Assembly: GCA_045615285.1 (NCBI GenBank)
Contig: JAZLEO010000011.1
Span: forward strand, 5,235-69,234
DNA: 64,000 nt
Direction: 5' to 3'
Source: Bacteroidales bacterium
GTDB lineage: Bacteria > Bacteroidota > Bacteroidia > Bacteroidales > F082
The notes beneath the pieces are model-generated. The model was not told where the DNA came from. It searched no databases and saw only the letters and a program-made list of their open reading frames with translations. How positions within the stretch are numbered: the first letter of the stretch is position 1; every line of letters begins with the position of its first letter. Shown here in pieces: positions 1 through 10,022 of this stretch. A program made the translations under genes and the position numbers.

Positions 1-471
1 AGAATAAACCTTAGTATTTTCCATAAAGTTGCTCATGAAGGTATCTTCAACTTCTTTTACCACCAAAGAGTCAATCTGATTGATGTTTTCTCTCATCGTA
101 GATTGCGAATAATAATTGTGTAATCCGTCTTCATCGATGATATTTACGGAAAGGTAATATGTGCGGCCTATTACGCCAGCCACGGAATCGATGGTTTGAT
201 AATGTCCTTTGTTCTCTGTTTCTTCAAAATAGATAGTGTCAGTGCCATCGTGGATAAAGACTTCAGCATCTGAAATCATTTCCGCATCTTCTTCGGAATA
301 GAAGTCCGTCGTCTTACTGATAACGATCTGGTGTTTTTTGTATTCGTTTGTAAAATAACCGTTTATCCCTATGAGTTGTTCGCCGTCTTTTGTATCGATT
401 CTAAAATCTTCAATACATGACGTAAGCAGGAAAGATGTCGCTAATATTAATAAGGTGATATATTTTTTCAT
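1..471 (-). CDS. DUF4249-like lipoprotein, N-terminal part only (gene runs off the left edge)
   Basis: My own minus-strand translation from the ATG at 469-471 gives MKKYITLLILATSFLLTSC... (signal peptide plus lipobox Cys). It stays open in frame to position 1. It lies 5 nt downstream of a TonB-dependent receptor, the usual partner arrangement in Bacteroidota. Family name recalled, not searched. Confidence 0.55.
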   Translation of the reverse strand, partial: MKKYITLLILATSFLLTSCIEDFRIDTKDGEQLIGINGYFTNEYKKHQIVISKTTDFYSEEDAEMISDAEVFIHDGTDTIYFEETENKGHYQTIDSVAGVIGRTYYLSVNIIDEDGLHNYYSQSTMRENINQIDSLVVKEVEDTFMSNFMENTKVYS

Positions 472-476
472 GTCGT

Positions 477-2807
477 TTAGAATTTAAAGTTATATGATAT
501 TGACGGGATGAATGAGAAAAGCGACACTTTTTGTGTGTTGATGGTATTGCCTTCTGTCACAAATAATACGGCCCATGTGTTTTTGCGGCCGTAAGCGTTA
601 TAAACTGAGAAGTTCCATTCACCTTGCCAGTTTTTCTTCTCTTTGCATTTGATTGTTGCCGACAAGTCGAGGCGGTGATAATCGGGGTAGCGGCTGTTGT
701 TTCTGCCGTCATATATCGCGTATGTCACGCCATCGACGGTGTATTTGCCGCAAGGATATGTGACGGGCTGTCCTGTGGTGTAAACCCATGTCGCTGAGAC
801 ATCGAAGCGTTTGTTGAATGTGTAATTAAGAACTATGCTGATGTTGTGCGGCTTGTCGTAAGGCGAAACATATTCCTTGCCGAAATTGATTTCAGGTGTT
901 TTTCTCATGGATTTGCTGTAAGTGTAAGAAATCCAACCTGATAACTTGCCGAAGTTTTTTCTTGCGATGAATTCAGCGCCGTATGCATATCCGTTTCCTT
1001 TTCTGACTTCGCCGTCGATATATAAATTCCCGATGAAAGTGGCGTTGTCTGCAAAATCGATGACGTTGTGCATTTTCTTGTAATAAACTTCTACCGAAGT
1101 TTCAATCTCGTCGTTCAGGAAATTACGGAAATATCCTAAAGCGAACTGATCGCATTTTTGAGGATCGATGTTCGGACTTGAAGGAAACCAAAGATCGAAT
1201 GGAATGCCGCCGGTCGCATTGGTGGCGATCTGTGCATATTGGACTGTCCTGAGATATGATGCTTTGACCGATGAAAACTCATCGATTTGATATATCGCAC
1301 CAAGACGAGGCTCCAGGCTGACTTGAGTATTGAAAATCTCACCTTGACCGTAATCTATTTGGTCGTAACATTCGTAATTGTCATCAAAGAGATATAATGT
1401 CTCCTTGCCGATATTTTGGAACATAGAGAGACGAAGCCCGTATCTTATTGAAAACAAAGGTCCTAATTTATGGTCGTTGGTGTAATAAAGAGCGTATTCC
1501 AAACTTTTGCGAACGACTTCGCTGTCAGGATCGACTCCAAGGAAATTAGCTATTGCGCCGGTTTTGTCTTTTAATTTTCCCTGACCGTATTGATGGAAAG
1601 TGGCGGCTGCTCCAAAACGTGATGTTACATTGTCGTTCATCAGGTAGGTGAAATCGTATTTGGCGGAAATATCTTCAATGCCAGCGATGATATTGAATTC
1701 GTATGGTTTCATTTCAATGCCGATGTCGTATCTGTATTTTGTATAAAACAAGGAAAGGTTGGAAGTCAGTTCGTCGTTGAAGATGTGGTTCCAGCGAGCT
1801 GTGACGTTTTTGTTGCCATATTTCATCGTCATCAAATCTATGACTCCAAGTACGTCGTCGCCGAGATATGTTGAAACGAAAACTCTGTTTTTGTCATTTA
1901 TGGTGTGCATTATCTTGGCGTTGAAGTCGTAGAAATGCAAGGAGTTACCTCTCAGGTTTTTTATCAGGTTGCAGGCGAGGATGCCTCCGTAAGTGATACG
2001 TCCGCCTATCAAAACGGCGCTTCTGCCTTTGTTGAACGGCGTGTTCAAAGTGAGACGGCTGGTCAGTAAACCGATGCCGCCTTGCATATTGAATTTATAA
2101 GGGACTTCGTCTAAACTCTTGATGTCTAATACTGAAGAGAGACGGCTGTCGTACATCGCCGGGATGTCGCCTTTGTATAATGTGGCGTCTTTTATTACGT
2201 CGTTGTTGAAAATGGAGAAGAATCCAAGGAAATGTGACGCATTGTAAATCGGGACGTCGTCTAAGAGAATCAGGTTCTGGTCGGGAGTGCCGCCACGGAC
2301 ACTGAATCCTGACGAACCTTCGGAAGCTGCATGTACGCCAGGCATAAGTTGAATCGTCTTGATGACATCGACTTCACCCATCAATGAAGGAATCTTTTTA
2401 ATCCTTTCAATATCAATCTTTTGAATACTCATCGCCATCTCCCTGACATTGGCGTCTTTTCTCGTGCTTGAAATCACAACTTCGTCAAGGAGCTTGTTGT
2501 CTGCTTTAAGATTTATATCCAAAGTATTGACGGATTTGGTTATTTTAACTTGTTGGGCCTCAGGAATATATCCTACGAAAGAGAATGTTATGTCGTAACT
2601 TCCTTCTGGTAATGAAAGCCTATAATATCCGTCCTTGTCGGTCGATGTGCCTTGTTTTAATGACTCTACAAAAACAGTGACGCCTGTTAAAATTTCTTTG
2701 TTGCCGGAGTCTCTTACGATACCTTGAATCACACCTTTGTCTTGTGCCGACAAAAATTCAAAGGCGAATAATAAAAATAATAAAGCTAATATCTTGTATT
2801 TCATCAT
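477..2807 (-). CDS. TonB-dependent outer-membrane receptor with N-terminal carboxypeptidase-regulatory-like domain
   Basis: ORF 477..2837. The likely start is the internal MMKYKILALLFLLFAFEFLSAQ signal peptide (2807). It has a CarboxypepD_reg-like segment (GIVRDSGNKEILTGVTVFV...DKDGYYRL), a plug region and a C-terminal beta-barrel ending ...SYNFKF (terminal aromatic). Confidence 0.85.
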   Translation of the reverse strand: MMKYKILALLFLLFAFEFLSAQDKGVIQGIVRDSGNKEILTGVTVFVESLKQGTSTDKDGYYRLSLPEGSYDITFSFVGYIPEAQQVKITKSVNTLDINLKADNKLLDEVVISSTRKDANVREMAMSIQKIDIERIKKIPSLMGEVDVIKTIQLMPGVHAASEGSSGFSVRGGTPDQNLILLDDVPIYNASHFLGFFSIFNNDVIKDATLYKGDIPAMYDSRLSSVLDIKSLDEVPYKFNMQGGIGLLTSRLTLNTPFNKGRSAVLIGGRITYGGILACNLIKNLRGNSLHFYDFNAKIMHTINDKNRVFVSTYLGDDVLGVIDLMTMKYGNKNVTARWNHIFNDELTSNLSLFYTKYRYDIGIEMKPYEFNIIAGIEDISAKYDFTYLMNDNVTSRFGAAATFHQYGQGKLKDKTGAIANFLGVDPDSEVVRKSLEYALYYTNDHKLGPLFSIRYGLRLSMFQNIGKETLYLFDDNYECYDQIDYGQGEIFNTQVSLEPRLGAIYQIDEFSSVKASYLRTVQYAQIATNATGGIPFDLWFPSSPNIDPQKCDQFALGYFRNFLNDEIETSVEVYYKKMHNVIDFADNATFIGNLYIDGEVRKGNGYAYGAEFIARKNFGKLSGWISYTYSKSMRKTPEINFGKEYVSPYDKPHNISIVLNYTFNKRFDVSATWVYTTGQPVTYPCGKYTVDGVTYAIYDGRNNSRYPDYHRLDLSATIKCKEKKNWQGEWNFSVYNAYGRKNTWAVLFVTEGNTINTQKVSLFSFIPSISYNFKF

Positions 2808-2960
2808 CTGAATGATTTGGAATGCAAATGTAATCATAATCTCGGACTTAACGCCGGAAACATATTCGGCAAAGAGGGCGAATGTTGTATGAGAATGAAT
2901 CTGGCTTGCTCGAGAAGCATAGTGAAAGAGGCGCTGCTACGAATGAAGTGCGTCTTCATA

Positions 2961-4172
2961 TCATAACAAAATTCCGACTATCACCGCTATCACGACCTTG
3001 ATTCCTTTTGAAACGAAGAAGGCTTTCCTGGATTCGGCCAATAAAGGCAAGGCTCCGTGACCGTCCTGGACAATGCAGTTCGCAAGGAAAATCCCAAGCG
3101 GCAAATCACCGTTGGCGAATAATAACAGAAATATCAGATGTGGACCTGATTGAGGAATGAGACCTATCAGAATCGCTATTGTCAAGACTATAAACGGTTT
3201 TGAATCAATGATGTCGTGAATGTTGACGTAGTTGTTTAAAATCGTCAGACATAAGATGACTGCGAATGTCCAGAAAAATATCTTGGGAAGATGAACCTTG
3301 ATGACGTGCTCCCAAAGATGATCTTCGAGAAAATGTTCTTCTGCGACGATGACAATTATCAAAATCGCTACAAACAATATAATCAATATTATACGAATCC
3401 AGTCGGCTTCGCCGCCATGGTCGTGATGATGAACGTCGGCTGTTGTACTAAGGCTGTTGAACTCGGAATCATGAACATCGAATTCTGTGTGGTTGTGACC
3501 GCAGTGATGATGTCCTTCTCCGCAATCTTGGTGACTATGATGTAAGACGCTCTCTTCACTGGCTCCTCCCATTAATAAATTAAGGTGATGAGAACCGTCG
3601 ATGACGCCGCTGAGAACCAGAATCAAAACGCCGAGGCTTAATGTTATCAGCAAAGCTCTTACGAAACTGATATTCTTGATGTTTGATTTAACGCTATGAT
3701 GGTGATGATGCGAGTGGCTGTGGCTGCACGATTCATGTTCGTGTATCGGAAACGAAAGTTCCTTGTCGCGCAATCCGATGAATTTGTTTTTCATCATGAA
3801 TTGCAATGTCGTAGCGATTATTATAGCCAAAACTATCAATATCAGATTTATAAGTAAAGCTTTTTCAGGAAATAGTGAGAACATGAAAAAAGCCTCGTCG
3901 CCTGTTGTCGTGATGAGCGCTGCCATCAAAGCAGGGAAGTTCACAACTCTGTGAACGTAAAGTGATACGATGGTATAAGTGCCGAGACATCCTGGAATGA
4001 CACCCATGATGATGGCGAACAAAACCTGAAGCCAAGGCCTTTTCTGTAATTTGTCAGACCATAAACCGCCGGTCCTTACGTTGATAAACTCAATCACCAT
4101 CATCATTCCGATGACTAATGTGGTTATTATAAGTGTTTGCTGTAGAATAATATAAAATGTATTTAAAGCCAT
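2961..4172 (-). CDS. Polytopic membrane protein with His/Cys-rich loops, putative heavy-metal exporter (ArsP_2/10-TM-like)
   Basis: 403 aa with about 10 hydrophobic segments. Loops read HEHESCSHSHSHHHHHS and HHSHQDCGEGHHHCGHNH...DVHHHDHGGE. Family assignment is from memory of the 10-TM putative metal exporter family. Confidence 0.55.
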   Translation of the reverse strand: MALNTFYIILQQTLIITTLVIGMMMVIEFINVRTGGLWSDKLQKRPWLQVLFAIIMGVIPGCLGTYTIVSLYVHRVVNFPALMAALITTTGDEAFFMFSLFPEKALLINLILIVLAIIIATTLQFMMKNKFIGLRDKELSFPIHEHESCSHSHSHHHHHSVKSNIKNISFVRALLITLSLGVLILVLSGVIDGSHHLNLLMGGASEESVLHHSHQDCGEGHHHCGHNHTEFDVHDSEFNSLSTTADVHHHDHGGEADWIRIILIILFVAILIIVIVAEEHFLEDHLWEHVIKVHLPKIFFWTFAVILCLTILNNYVNIHDIIDSKPFIVLTIAILIGLIPQSGPHLIFLLLFANGDLPLGIFLANCIVQDGHGALPLLAESRKAFFVSKGIKVVIAVIVGILL

Positions 4173-4344
4173 AAATGCTGCTTGAATTTTGACTTACAAA
4201 GATAAGATTTTTTACGCAAATAGCTGACCAAAATAACGATGTCTTTTCTCTCTAAATTCCGATTTTCAATTGTTATCATTTTGTTAAATTTAAACAATGA
4301 CGATTTCTAAATGTTTAACCAACAAATTGTAAAAACAACAAATT

Positions 4345-5649
4345 ATGAAAAAGTTTACATCATTTAAGAAATTCCTCGTATTGACCGCATTCGTCGGTTT
4401 ACTTGGAAACTACGCTTACGCACAATTTTCATTAAGCGGAGAAGTCAGACCTCGTATGGAATATCTTCACGGATATTCGACTCTGACGGATAAAGATGCT
4501 GATCCTGCTGGATTTGCGTCGCAGCGTACAAGAATTAATTTCAACTATTCAAACGATCGCGTCAAGATGGGCGTTTCTATGCAAGATGTCTTCATTTGGG
4601 GCAGCCAACCTCAGTTGTTCTCGACTTCAAATAATTTAAGTGTTCATCAGGCTTGGGGACAATATTTCTTAACGCCTTCACTTTCATTGAAGTTGGGCCG
4701 TCAGGAACTAGTTTATGACGACGAAAGAATCTTCGGTAGCTCCAACTGGGATCAGCAGGGAAGAAGCCACGATGTCGCTTTGTTGCGTTATGACGGTATG
4801 CTTAGAATCGATATCGGTGCAGCTTTTAACCAAGATCATAAACATCTCAGCGGAACTTATTACGGCTTGCATAACTATAAGATGATGCAGTTCGTTTGGT
4901 TGAACACCGACATTGTGGATGATTTGAATCTCAGCCTTTTGTTCTTGAATAATGGCTATCAATATGATGGCGAATTATTTGACGATAATTCTGACACTAA
5001 GAAAAAAGATGTCTTCAACCAAACTCTCGGCGGACGTTTGGTTTATGCTCCAGGCGGCTTTAACGTCCACGCTTCTGCTTACTATACAATGGGTAAAGAT
5101 ATGGAAGACAGAGATTTGTCAGCTTATTATGTCGGATTGGGCGCAGATTATGATCTCAACAGAGAATGGACTTTCGGCATGGGCTGGGAGCTTCTTTCTG
5201 GTACCGACCAAAAAGATATGATAGAGAATCCTGACGGCTACAAAAACAGATCGTTCAATCCGTTTTACGGAACTTCTCATAAGTTTAATGGCTTTATGGA
5301 TTATTTCAACGCTAATGGTAATTGGGCTAATTCAGTGGGTCTTAATGACTTATTCGCATCAGTGCAGTTCGCAAGAAGAAATTTTGAAGTCAATCTTACA
5401 GGACATGCGTTTTTGACAGCAGCCGATGTCGTCAAAGATGGTAATGTTAATGAAAAAATGGAATCTTATCTTGGTACAGAAATCGACCTTACTATGTCCT
5501 ATAAACTTTCAAAGACATCAAATGTAGTTTTGGGCTATAGTCAAATGATTGGCTCTGAGACACTTCAGACTTTGAAAGGCGGCGATAAAGATGCTTGCAA
5601 CAACTGGGCTTATCTCATGTTTACGTTCAAACCGGTTTTCTTGAAATAA
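4345..5649 (+). CDS. Outer-membrane beta-barrel porin, alginate-export-like family
   Basis: Signal peptide MKKFTSFKKFLVLTAFVGLLGNYAYAQ, then FSLSGEVRPRMEY... and alternating beta-strand pattern to a C-terminal ...FTFKPVFLK. Family name is tentative. Confidence 0.5.
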   Translation: MKKFTSFKKFLVLTAFVGLLGNYAYAQFSLSGEVRPRMEYLHGYSTLTDKDADPAGFASQRTRINFNYSNDRVKMGVSMQDVFIWGSQPQLFSTSNNLSVHQAWGQYFLTPSLSLKLGRQELVYDDERIFGSSNWDQQGRSHDVALLRYDGMLRIDIGAAFNQDHKHLSGTYYGLHNYKMMQFVWLNTDIVDDLNLSLLFLNNGYQYDGELFDDNSDTKKKDVFNQTLGGRLVYAPGGFNVHASAYYTMGKDMEDRDLSAYYVGLGADYDLNREWTFGMGWELLSGTDQKDMIENPDGYKNRSFNPFYGTSHKFNGFMDYFNANGNWANSVGLNDLFASVQFARRNFEVNLTGHAFLTAADVVKDGNVNEKMESYLGTEIDLTMSYKLSKTSNVVLGYSQMIGSETLQTLKGGDKDACNNWAYLMFTFKPVFLK

Positions 5650-5676
5650 AATCATAATGGCTATTATTTTGATCGG

Positions 5677-5708
5677 GTAGAGGGATGAAAATCTCTCTAC
5701 TTTTTTTA
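5677..5708 (+). terminator. Intrinsic terminator after the porin gene
   Basis: Stem GTAGAG (5677-5682) pairs with CTCTAC (5695-5700), followed by a T-run at 5701-5707. Confidence 0.6.
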
Positions 5709-5714
5709 TATTTG
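5707..5714 (+). promoter_or_regulatory. Bacteroidota -7 promoter box (TATATTTG) for rimM
   Basis: Matches TAnnTTTG, 15 nt upstream of the rimM ATG (5729). Confidence 0.5.
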
Positions 5715-5728
5715 CAAAAAAAATATTC

Positions 5729-6256
5729 ATGACAAAAGATAAATGTTTTTATGTTGGAAAAATCGTCAAAACTCACGGCTTGAAAGGTGAGGTGACTCTG
5801 CGAATCGACAATGAGCAGTTTGATGATATTGAAGAGTTGAATTATTTCTTACTCGATGTAAATGAGAGACTTATACCGTTTTTTGTTGAAGATATAACCT
5901 ACCATTCAAACAAATCTTTTATTCTTTTCCAAGATTTAAAGACTTTGGAAGCGGCTTCGCAACTCGTTGGAACTGCGGTCTATCTTCCTTTGGATTTGCT
6001 TCCAGAAAAAGATGGAAATGATTTTTATTCTCACGAAGTCGTTGATTTTGTTGTCGTTGACGAAGAAAAAGGCGAACTTGGAAAAGTGTGTGAAATAATA
6101 GAATATCCGACTCAATCTTTGATTCAGGTCATTAAAGATGAAAAGGAAATCTTGATTCCGATACATGACGATATAATCAAAAGTGTTGATAGGGAAGGGA
6201 AGAAAATTTTTATCAAAGCTCCTATTGGCTTGATTGATATGTATTTGGCAAATTGA
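5729..6256 (+). CDS. rimM: 16S rRNA processing protein RimM
   Basis: 175 aa. N-terminal GKIVKTHGLKGEV motif and a PRC-barrel-like C-terminus, typical of RimM. Confidence 0.85.
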   Translation: MTKDKCFYVGKIVKTHGLKGEVTLRIDNEQFDDIEELNYFLLDVNERLIPFFVEDITYHSNKSFILFQDLKTLEAASQLVGTAVYLPLDLLPEKDGNDFYSHEVVDFVVVDEEKGELGKVCEIIEYPTQSLIQVIKDEKEILIPIHDDIIKSVDREGKKIFIKAPIGLIDMYLAN

Positions 6257-6259
6257 TTT

Positions 6260-6973
6260 ATGGATTGTCGTCCTTTTTTCTTTAAGAGGTTCGGGATGTT
6301 TCATCATCGATCGACGATGCGAATCGGTACAGATGCTGTCCTTTTTGCGCAGTGGGTCGATGTGTCGTCATCAGATGATGTCTTGGATGTCGGTACCGGA
6401 AGCGGAATAATACCGATGATTTTGTCTCAAAAAGGAGCTGGTTCTGTCGATGCTGTGGAATTGGATACGGATTCTTACGAAGAAGCTGGATTGAACTTTT
6501 CTATATCTGTATGGAATGAAAAGTTAAATGTTTTTAACGATGATGTGAGAATCTTCTCCGATGTGATAAATAAAAAGTATGATTTGATAGTATCAAATCC
6601 GCCATATTATGCCAGCGATGTGAAGCCTATTAAAGAAAAAAAAGTGATGGCTCGACATGTCTCTACGTTGAGCTTCAAGGATTTGCTTCTTTCAGCTAAG
6701 AAAATGATGAAAGAAAATTCACGACTTGCTTTGGTGCTGCCTTTTTATGAATCTCGATTGTTTATCAAAGAAGCTGAACAATTAGGATTTTATCTCCAAA
6801 AAGAAATGTTGATAGTTCCTATAGAAGGAAAAGACGCTAATCGGGTCAATATGCAGTTTGTTTTGGATGAAGTGAATAACGTTGAAACAGAATGCTTTAT
6901 AATAAGAAATAAAGATTATTCTTATACTGAAGAATATAGAGAGTTTTTGAAAGACTACTACCTGGATTTTTAA
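6260..6973 (+). CDS. SAM-dependent N6-adenine methyltransferase, tRNA1(Val) m6A37 (TrmN6/YfiC)-like
   Basis: F..FKRF...H....MRIGTDAVLF opening, SAM-binding VLDVGTGSGII and the catalytic NPPY tetrad (VSNPPYY). Confidence 0.7.
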   Translation: MDCRPFFFKRFGMFHHRSTMRIGTDAVLFAQWVDVSSSDDVLDVGTGSGIIPMILSQKGAGSVDAVELDTDSYEEAGLNFSISVWNEKLNVFNDDVRIFSDVINKKYDLIVSNPPYYASDVKPIKEKKVMARHVSTLSFKDLLLSAKKMMKENSRLALVLPFYESRLFIKEAEQLGFYLQKEMLIVPIEGKDANRVNMQFVLDEVNNVETECFIIRNKDYSYTEEYREFLKDYYLDF

Positions 6974-7026
6974 GAAAACATGTAAAATTTATTAAGAAAT
7001 CGTGTGCTTGATGGGAGTAAATTTTG

Positions 7027-7034
7027 TATGTTTG
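7027..7034 (+). promoter_or_regulatory. -7 promoter box (TATGTTTG)
   Basis: TAnnTTTG match 20 nt upstream of the ATG at 7054. It overlaps the longer ORF-track start at 7024, which argues for the 7054 start. Confidence 0.45.
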
Positions 7035-7053
7035 CAAAAGTATTTTTAAAATT

Positions 7054-7383
7054 ATGAAAAAGATATTAGGTTTTACATTTGTATTGTTGACATTAGGATT
7101 TATGTCGTGTTCTCCATCACCGGTAGGAACATGGGTTGAAGTTACTGGAGGCTCTGAAGAACAAGGTTTTACACTTAATAAAGATGGCTCCGCAAGTGCG
7201 TTTAATATGGGTTATGTAACATTCAATGAATGGGAAAAAGACGGAGATAAGTTGATATTAAAAGGCGAAAATATAGGCTCTGCGAAAAGAGAATTCACTG
7301 ATGTGATGAAAATAGAGTATATTTCTAAAACAGAATTAACACTTTCCCAAGGTGGTTACTCTGCCAATTACAGAAGAAAATAA
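7054..7383 (+). CDS. Small lipocalin-like lipoprotein
   Basis: MKKILGFTFVLLTLGFMSC lipobox, then GTWVE...FTLNKDGS...L.L pattern typical of lipocalin-like lipoproteins. Confidence 0.6.
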   Translation: MKKILGFTFVLLTLGFMSCSPSPVGTWVEVTGGSEEQGFTLNKDGSASAFNMGYVTFNEWEKDGDKLILKGENIGSAKREFTDVMKIEYISKTELTLSQGGYSANYRRK

Positions 7384-7405
7384 TCAATAATAAAAAATAA
7401 TAATA

Positions 7406-8347
7406 ATGAGTAAATTAGTTGTTGTAGCTCTTGGCGGAAACGCATTGTTAAGAAGCAACCAAAAAGGTACGTATCAGGAACAAATTGCTAACGTGACAGA
7501 AACATGTCAGGCTTTGACTGATATTTTAAAAAGAGGTAATCGTTTAATAATTGGTCACGGTAATGGCCCACAAGTCGGTAACGTTATGTTACAGCATGAA
7601 GCTGGCTTGAAAAACTTCGATTTGCCTTCAATGCCAATGGATTATTGTGTTTCAGAAACACAAGGTTCTATAGGTTATCTCATAGAATTAGGTTTCAAGA
7701 AAGTGTTGGCTCAAGAGAAAATCGACAGAAATGTCGTTACTTTAGTGACACAAGTCGTTGTTGACAAAGATGATCCTATGTTTAAGAATCCTACTAAACC
7801 AGTAGGTCCTTATTATACAAAAGAAGAAGCCGATGCTTATTCGGCACAAACAGGCGCTATTTTCAAGGAAGATCCTAGAGGTCGTGGATGGCGTAAAGTC
7901 GTTCCATCACCACAGCCGGTAAAAATCAATAACATCGAAATCGTCAAGACTTTGACAGATGCTGGTCATATCGTTGTTACAGTCGGTGGTGGCGGTATTC
8001 CTGTCGTGGAAAAAGACGGCTGCGTTGCTGGCGTTGAAGCTGTTATCGACAAAGATCTCGCTTCTTCATTGGCGGCTATTCAAGCTGGCGCTGACGAATT
8101 CTATATCTTGACAGACGTTCCTCAGGCTTATATCAACTTCAAGAAAGAGAATCAGCAGGCTTTGGGCAGAATCTCTATCTCTGAAGCTAAGAAACATCTT
8201 GCCGATGGCCAGTTTACAGAAGGTAGCATGGCTCCTAAGATGCGTGCTGCTATCAAATTCGTTGAAGCAACTGGTAAAGAAGCTGTTATCACAGATTCTA
8301 CAACATTGTCAGATGAAAATGGCGGAACAAGAATTTATGCGGAATAA
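7406..8347 (+). CDS. arcC: Carbamate kinase
   Basis: 313 aa with VVALGGNALL, GHGNGPQVG and VGGGGIPV motifs of carbamate kinases. Confidence 0.9.
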   Translation: MSKLVVVALGGNALLRSNQKGTYQEQIANVTETCQALTDILKRGNRLIIGHGNGPQVGNVMLQHEAGLKNFDLPSMPMDYCVSETQGSIGYLIELGFKKVLAQEKIDRNVVTLVTQVVVDKDDPMFKNPTKPVGPYYTKEEADAYSAQTGAIFKEDPRGRGWRKVVPSPQPVKINNIEIVKTLTDAGHIVVTVGGGGIPVVEKDGCVAGVEAVIDKDLASSLAAIQAGADEFYILTDVPQAYINFKKENQQALGRISISEAKKHLADGQFTEGSMAPKMRAAIKFVEATGKEAVITDSTTLSDENGGTRIYAE

Positions 8348-8367
8348 TTTAGGTTTACGTATATTAC

Positions 8368-8400
8368 AAAAAAAGGTGTGAAAATTTCACACCTTTTTTT
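8368..8400. terminator. Bidirectional intrinsic terminator between convergent arcC and dnaB
   Basis: A-run 8368-8374, stem GGTGTGA (8375-8381) pairing with TCACACC (8387-8393), T-run 8394-8400. Confidence 0.7.
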
Positions 8401-9940
8401 ATGCTCCTATGAAATCGTCGTTCATTCTGGATGAAACAACTTTTGTCGTGAATTGCTGCTCGAAATTGTTGTTAGGAAGCATGTTGCCGCTTCCATTACC
8501 GCTTCCATTAGGATCACCGTAAGTCTCGACAATATCCTCGAATTTAGCATACTGTCCGACGAATTTAAGAGTGATGTCGCCTAACTTACCGTTACGGTGT
8601 TTTGCGATGCTGATGACAGCCTTTCCTTTTGCAGAAGCGCCGTTCTCGTCTTCGGTAAGTCCGTAATATTCAGGACGATATATGAATAATACCATATCGG
8701 CGTCTTGTTCAATAGCTCCGGATTCACGCAAGTCGGACAAAACAGGTTTCTTTGAACCAGGACGTGATTCTACGTTACGGCTTAATTGTGACAGCGCCAA
8801 AACAGGGACGTTTAACTCTTTGGCCAGACTCTTTAACGAGCGGCTGATTGTACTGATTTCTTGTTCACGGGTTCCGTTTTTGTCGCCTTTGGCTGTCATA
8901 AGTTGCAGATAATCAATGAAAATCATTTGGATGTCGTGCTGTTGTTTCAAACGGCGGCATTTCGCTCTCAAATCGAATATCGATAATTGAGCGGTGTCGT
9001 CGATGAAAATCTTGGCGTTGACGAGAGGGGAGACCATTGTGTTGAGCTGCTGCCATTCGTATTCCGCCAAATTACCTGTTCTTAATTTGTCGGCCGTCAA
9101 TGATGTCTCGGTTGATATGAGACGTGTAACCAATTGAACAGAAGACATTTCCAAAGAGAAAAATGCGATCGGCTTGTTGAAATCAACTGCTGCATTACGT
9201 GCCAGGTTAAGTGCGAAAGCTGTCTTACCCATACTAGGACGAGCTGCCAAAATGATAAGGTCTGATTTCTGCCAGCCTTGCGTAATTCTGTCAAGTTCGG
9301 TGTAACCAGAAGGAACGCCTCTCAACGTAGCTCCGTCTTCACGAGCTTTTTTGATGTCTGTAATGGCCAAACTCACAAGGTCGGGCATTTGGTCATGGCT
9401 TCTTTTCAGGTTGTTCTCGCTGATCTGGAACAATTTGTTTTCCGCTTTGTCGAGCAGGTCGAAAATGTCGGTGGTATCTTCGTAAGCGTCTTTTATTATT
9501 TCTGTTGATATCACAATGAGTTGACGCTGAATGTATTTCTGTAAGATAATACGTGCGTGGTATTCAATATTCGCTGAACTCACAACGCGATTCGTCAATT
9601 GTGATATATAATAAGGTCCACCAACAACTTCCAGATTGCCTGAACTTTTAAGTTGATTGGTAACTGTAAGAATGTCAATAGGTTCTGATTTGGCGAATAA
9701 ATCTTTAATCGCCGTGAAAATCATTTGATGAGCTTCTTTGTAGAAGACTTCCGGAGTCAGCATGTCGATGACTGCGTTGACGGCTCCTTTTTCAAGCATC
9801 ATGGCTCCGAGAACGACTTCTTCCAAGTCGATGGCTTGAGGCGGAACTCTGCCCTGATTAGCTAATATCTCACTCGGAATATTGGCTGTTCTTGGTCTGC
9901 CAAATCCTGCTTTTTTATAATTTGTATTGTCGTTATTCAT
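8399..9940 (-). CDS. dnaB: Replicative DNA helicase DnaB
   Basis: 513 aa. PPQAIDLEEVVLGAMM N-terminal domain, Walker A AARPSMGKTAFAL, IFIDYLQLM, and the SQLSR arginine-finger region. Confidence 0.95.
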   Translation of the reverse strand: MNNDNTNYKKAGFGRPRTANIPSEILANQGRVPPQAIDLEEVVLGAMMLEKGAVNAVIDMLTPEVFYKEAHQMIFTAIKDLFAKSEPIDILTVTNQLKSSGNLEVVGGPYYISQLTNRVVSSANIEYHARIILQKYIQRQLIVISTEIIKDAYEDTTDIFDLLDKAENKLFQISENNLKRSHDQMPDLVSLAITDIKKAREDGATLRGVPSGYTELDRITQGWQKSDLIILAARPSMGKTAFALNLARNAAVDFNKPIAFFSLEMSSVQLVTRLISTETSLTADKLRTGNLAEYEWQQLNTMVSPLVNAKIFIDDTAQLSIFDLRAKCRRLKQQHDIQMIFIDYLQLMTAKGDKNGTREQEISTISRSLKSLAKELNVPVLALSQLSRNVESRPGSKKPVLSDLRESGAIEQDADMVLFIYRPEYYGLTEDENGASAKGKAVISIAKHRNGKLGDITLKFVGQYAKFEDIVETYGDPNGSGNGSGNMLPNNNFEQQFTTKVVSSRMNDDFIGA

Positions 9941-10022
9941 GCTTCAAAGTTACAATAAAAATTATCATTCTAATAAAATGTTGATAACTTTTGTTTGATT
10001 TATAAAGTGTTGTAAATCAATG

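Noticed and set aside
2808-2960. Possible riboswitch in the leader of the TonB-dependent receptor (relatively GC-rich, with two CGCC(C)TCTTT direct repeats)
   Set aside because: I could not recognise cobalamin (B12 box), TPP or other riboswitch cores in the minus-strand reading, and no convincing terminator or anti-terminator pair. An Infernal/Rfam scan would be needed.
4268-4306. Imperfect inverted repeat TCATTTTGTT-N-AACAATGA between the His-rich exporter and the porin gene, considered as a Fur/Zur-type operator
   Set aside because: The arms differ in length (two extra T) and only 5 bp are strictly symmetric. In AT-rich DNA this is not distinguishable from chance.
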